DNA from: Pirellulales bacterium | GTDB lineage: Bacteria > Planctomycetota > Planctomycetia > Pirellulales > JALHPA01 | Direction: 5' to 3' | Length of the DNA stretch: 64,000 nucleotides | Assembly (NCBI GenBank): GCA_963829655.1 | Contig: CAWHJG010000002.1 | Location: 5,330,786-5,394,785 of the forward strand | Part shown: in pieces, positions 63,501 to 64,000 of the stretch | Layout of the letters: every line of letters begins with the position of its first letter | How positions within the stretch are numbered: position 1 is the stretch's first letter | Notes under the pieces: model-generated | What the model was told of the DNA's origin: nothing | Databases searched by the model: none | What the model saw: only the letters and a program-made list of their open reading frames with translations | Made by a program: the position numbers and the translations under genes

Positions 63501-64000
63501 GCAACCGGGCGCACGACAATGCTTCGTGGGGTATTTACGCCAGCGGCAACATCCTGGTCATCGGCAATGATGTTTTCGGCCAGGAGGCTCAGAACGCCCA
63601 CGGAATGTATATCGCTGCGAGCGAAGCGCGCGGCAACCTGGTGCACGACAACTGGCACGGGCTCCAGATCAGCGGCAGCCTGGTCGAGGACAACACGATC
63701 TACAACCAGCTACAGACGGGCGTGAACGCGTACGACTCCGCAGTGCTTCGCGGCAACCGGATTTACGACAGCGCGACCGGCGTGTACGTGGCCTACAACT
63801 ATTCCGGCGAGGTGGTCAATAACCTGATCTACGATCAAAGGACCACCGGTGTTTTGGTGGAGGCCTACTTCGGCCTCGGCACACGGATCACAGGCAACAC
63901 GATCTACCAGCCGGGCGGGGCCGACGCGGTACGATTGCAGGCCAACACGCTCAATGTGACGTTGGTCAACAACATCCTGTGGGTGGGCGGCGGTTATGCG
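42530..64000 (+). CDS. Giant multidomain secreted or surface protein (at least ~7,150 codons, 3' end outside the window), read through about 13 apparent frameshifts
   Basis: Fourteen abutting or overlapping same-strand ORFs continue into each other's reading frames at every junction. The N-terminus is MAMLQARRLALRRPRFRFEILEDRTLLAA (LEPR-XLL-type motif). Domain content is listed in the sub-features below. Confidence 0.7.
42780..45010 (+). other. BNR/Asp-box beta-propeller region of the giant protein
   Basis: Asp-box-like motifs KTTDGGDNWTQ, RSVNGGVDWTR, RSNDRGMTWTN, GTNSGANWTS and KTVDGGQTWDD. Confidence 0.75.
45010..50900 (+). other. Uncharacterised region of the giant protein built from 3-4 divergent ~330-400-aa modules
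   Basis: Recurring motif pairs are GFLEVTVEDA (~46040) with KIPLVDKTLGEILGG (~46490), and GFLDVRMTED (~47250) with KIPIINKKLGEIVDL (~47710). A third pair is GLIDLGLSGD (~48240) with KLPFLGDKLKNTVDFL (~48750), and a fourth is GFLQLDVTDD (~49215) with RLPVLSDI (~49670). EF-hand-like loops are ANNDGKLTLQEIV and DTNGDGSVTLLELA. Confidence 0.5.
50910..53530 (+). other. RTX (hemolysin-type calcium-binding) nonapeptide repeat block, about 870 aa
   Basis: An uninterrupted series of GGxGxDxL/I/F-type repeats, for example GGAGNDELQGHAGADLLFGQAGNDALIGG and [28 protein letters not shown]. Confidence 0.9.
53654..54870 (+). other. Six to seven ~55-60-aa repeats, probably a beta-propeller of an unnamed type
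   Basis: Recurring pattern ...VAW.D....G..EIY[LV].R...G.W..[LV]G.S...GG[IV]S... Examples are YVAWSDSRNGNFEIYLARHMAGAWQQL, HVAWTEATAAGTDIYVARYD, VTQVYVRRFTAGTWQAVG, REIYLREYAGVAWNEL, YAIFARRHTGAAWVTAG and FVAWQDARHGTPEVYVRG. Confidence 0.55.
54887..56404 (+). other. Right-handed parallel beta-helix (PbH1/NosD-like) module 1
   Basis: TIYFVNDAS...PGDVIFVDTGMY..., then repeated GN.I....GI.. coils (GNRILHDDDKGIRI, GNRIEGGDVGLDI, GNEISGVSIGVNY), then IRNNILWAEAGYNIHV...SDYNVLH...SPTMDAGDP. Confidence 0.8.
56420..56900 (+). other. CBM4/9-like (galactose-binding-like jelly-roll) domain
   Basis: NLLTNPGFESGITGWTA...AYFFAQSNAVTSVEQTVDL...VRLRFTAI...YLDSAFLYV. Confidence 0.6.
57282..58965 (+). other. 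Parallel beta-helix module 2
   Basis: TFFVNDSS...LFVDTGDYRL..., coils (GNHVYNHLGTSDIGI, RNAVHDNYLGIDA, ENRVYHNTTTGVQ), LRNNIIWVLSGFGISV...SDYNLLY...SPAIDRGDP. Confidence 0.8.
59076..59590 (+). other. LamG / concanavalin-A-like lectin (Laminin_G_3-type) domain
   Basis: ALRFDGVDDYVGMG...GTLEAWVRFD...WYHLAVAKSGDNYSFYRDGVL...FRGSIDNLRLWNVVRT (crosses one frameshift). Confidence 0.75.
59959..61395 (+). other. Parallel beta-helix module 3
   Basis: VYYVNDGT...AGDVVRVDAGTYAIG...LHVTGGQQGIYAS..., coils, LVNNILWVGGGYALSV...SDYNLFY...DPLFVNPAGADGILGY. Confidence 0.8.
60299..61182 (+). repeat. Copy 1 of an exact direct repeat of at least 884 bp
   Basis: Base-for-base identical, by visual comparison of every line, to 63117-64000 (offset 2,818 bp). 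Confidence 0.9.
61399..61805 (+). other. PA14 domain inserted in the tail of beta-helix module 3
   Basis: GLSASYYNNINWTDPP...ADNFSVRWQGQVFIPADGQYTFYTQSDDGEQFFVDGNLLIN...GWHTIRYDLRENTG..AELRWSGPG. Confidence 0.8.
62094..62552 (+). other. Malectin-like carbohydrate-binding domain
   Basis: VALINAGGPAL...ALYQTLRY...YTVRLHFAEPTYNTVNQRKMDIYLQGALVQNDYDV...AFINGIEILA. Confidence 0.75.
62792..64000 (+). other. Parallel beta-helix module 4 (truncated by the window end)
   Basis: HYYVNDAS...AGDVIHVDAGTYIQI...LHVTGGQQGIYAS..., identical to module 3 from 63117 onward. Confidence 0.8.
63117..64000 (+). repeat. Copy 2 of the exact direct repeat of at least 884 bp (runs into the window edge)
   Basis: Identical to 60299-61182. 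The 320 bp upstream of each copy are homologous at the protein level but clearly diverged. Confidence 0.9.

Overview
This GC-rich window reads like a Planctomycetota chromosome segment. The markers are DUF1559/H-X9-DG pilin-like proteins, a PSCyt/DUF1553 + DUF1501 gene pair, Tat-signal Gfo/Idh/MocA oxidoreductases, and a giant protein with an N-terminal ...LEDRTLLAA motif. I recognise about 50 genes and no rRNA, tRNA, CRISPR array, transposase or integrase.

Layout:
- 0.2-9.4 kb: DUF1559 and lipoprotein genes, a GxxExxY cassette, DUF4105, DUF1080, ileS, purN and a GNAT.
- 9.5-18.5 kb: a complete PVM-type (Planctomycetes/Verrucomicrobia) bacterial microcompartment locus. Its order is DeoR regulator, PduL, 2 BMC-H, acetate kinase, BMC-P, CoA-acylating aldehyde dehydrogenase, 2 BMC-P and class II aldolase. 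An LDH/MDH-like gene and an aldolase-like TIM-barrel gene follow.
- 18.5-42.2 kb: mixed accessory genes. These include NTase-HD, a Wzz/GumC-like protein, a CelD-like GNAT, DUF892, DUF488, RraA-like, AlkA, a PQQ propeller, PSCyt/DUF1553 + DUF1501, PaaI, YjbR, two Tat-signal oxidoreductases and a sugar-phosphate isomerase/epimerase.
- 42.5-64.0 kb: apparently one giant gene of more than 21 kb that runs off the window. It encodes BNR/Asp-box, uncharacterised repeat modules, about 2.6 kb of RTX repeats, a propeller-like repeat block, and four parallel beta-helix modules decorated with CBM, LamG, PA14 and malectin domains. Its last 884 bp or more exactly duplicate a segment 2,818 bp upstream.

Major caveat: by eye I infer roughly 60-70 single-base frameshifts, very unevenly distributed. 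Essential ileS has about 9 and ackA about 7, while many neighbouring genes have none. Most are probably indel errors in the assembly. Gene coordinates below are whole-gene spans reconstructed across frames, not single ORFs.
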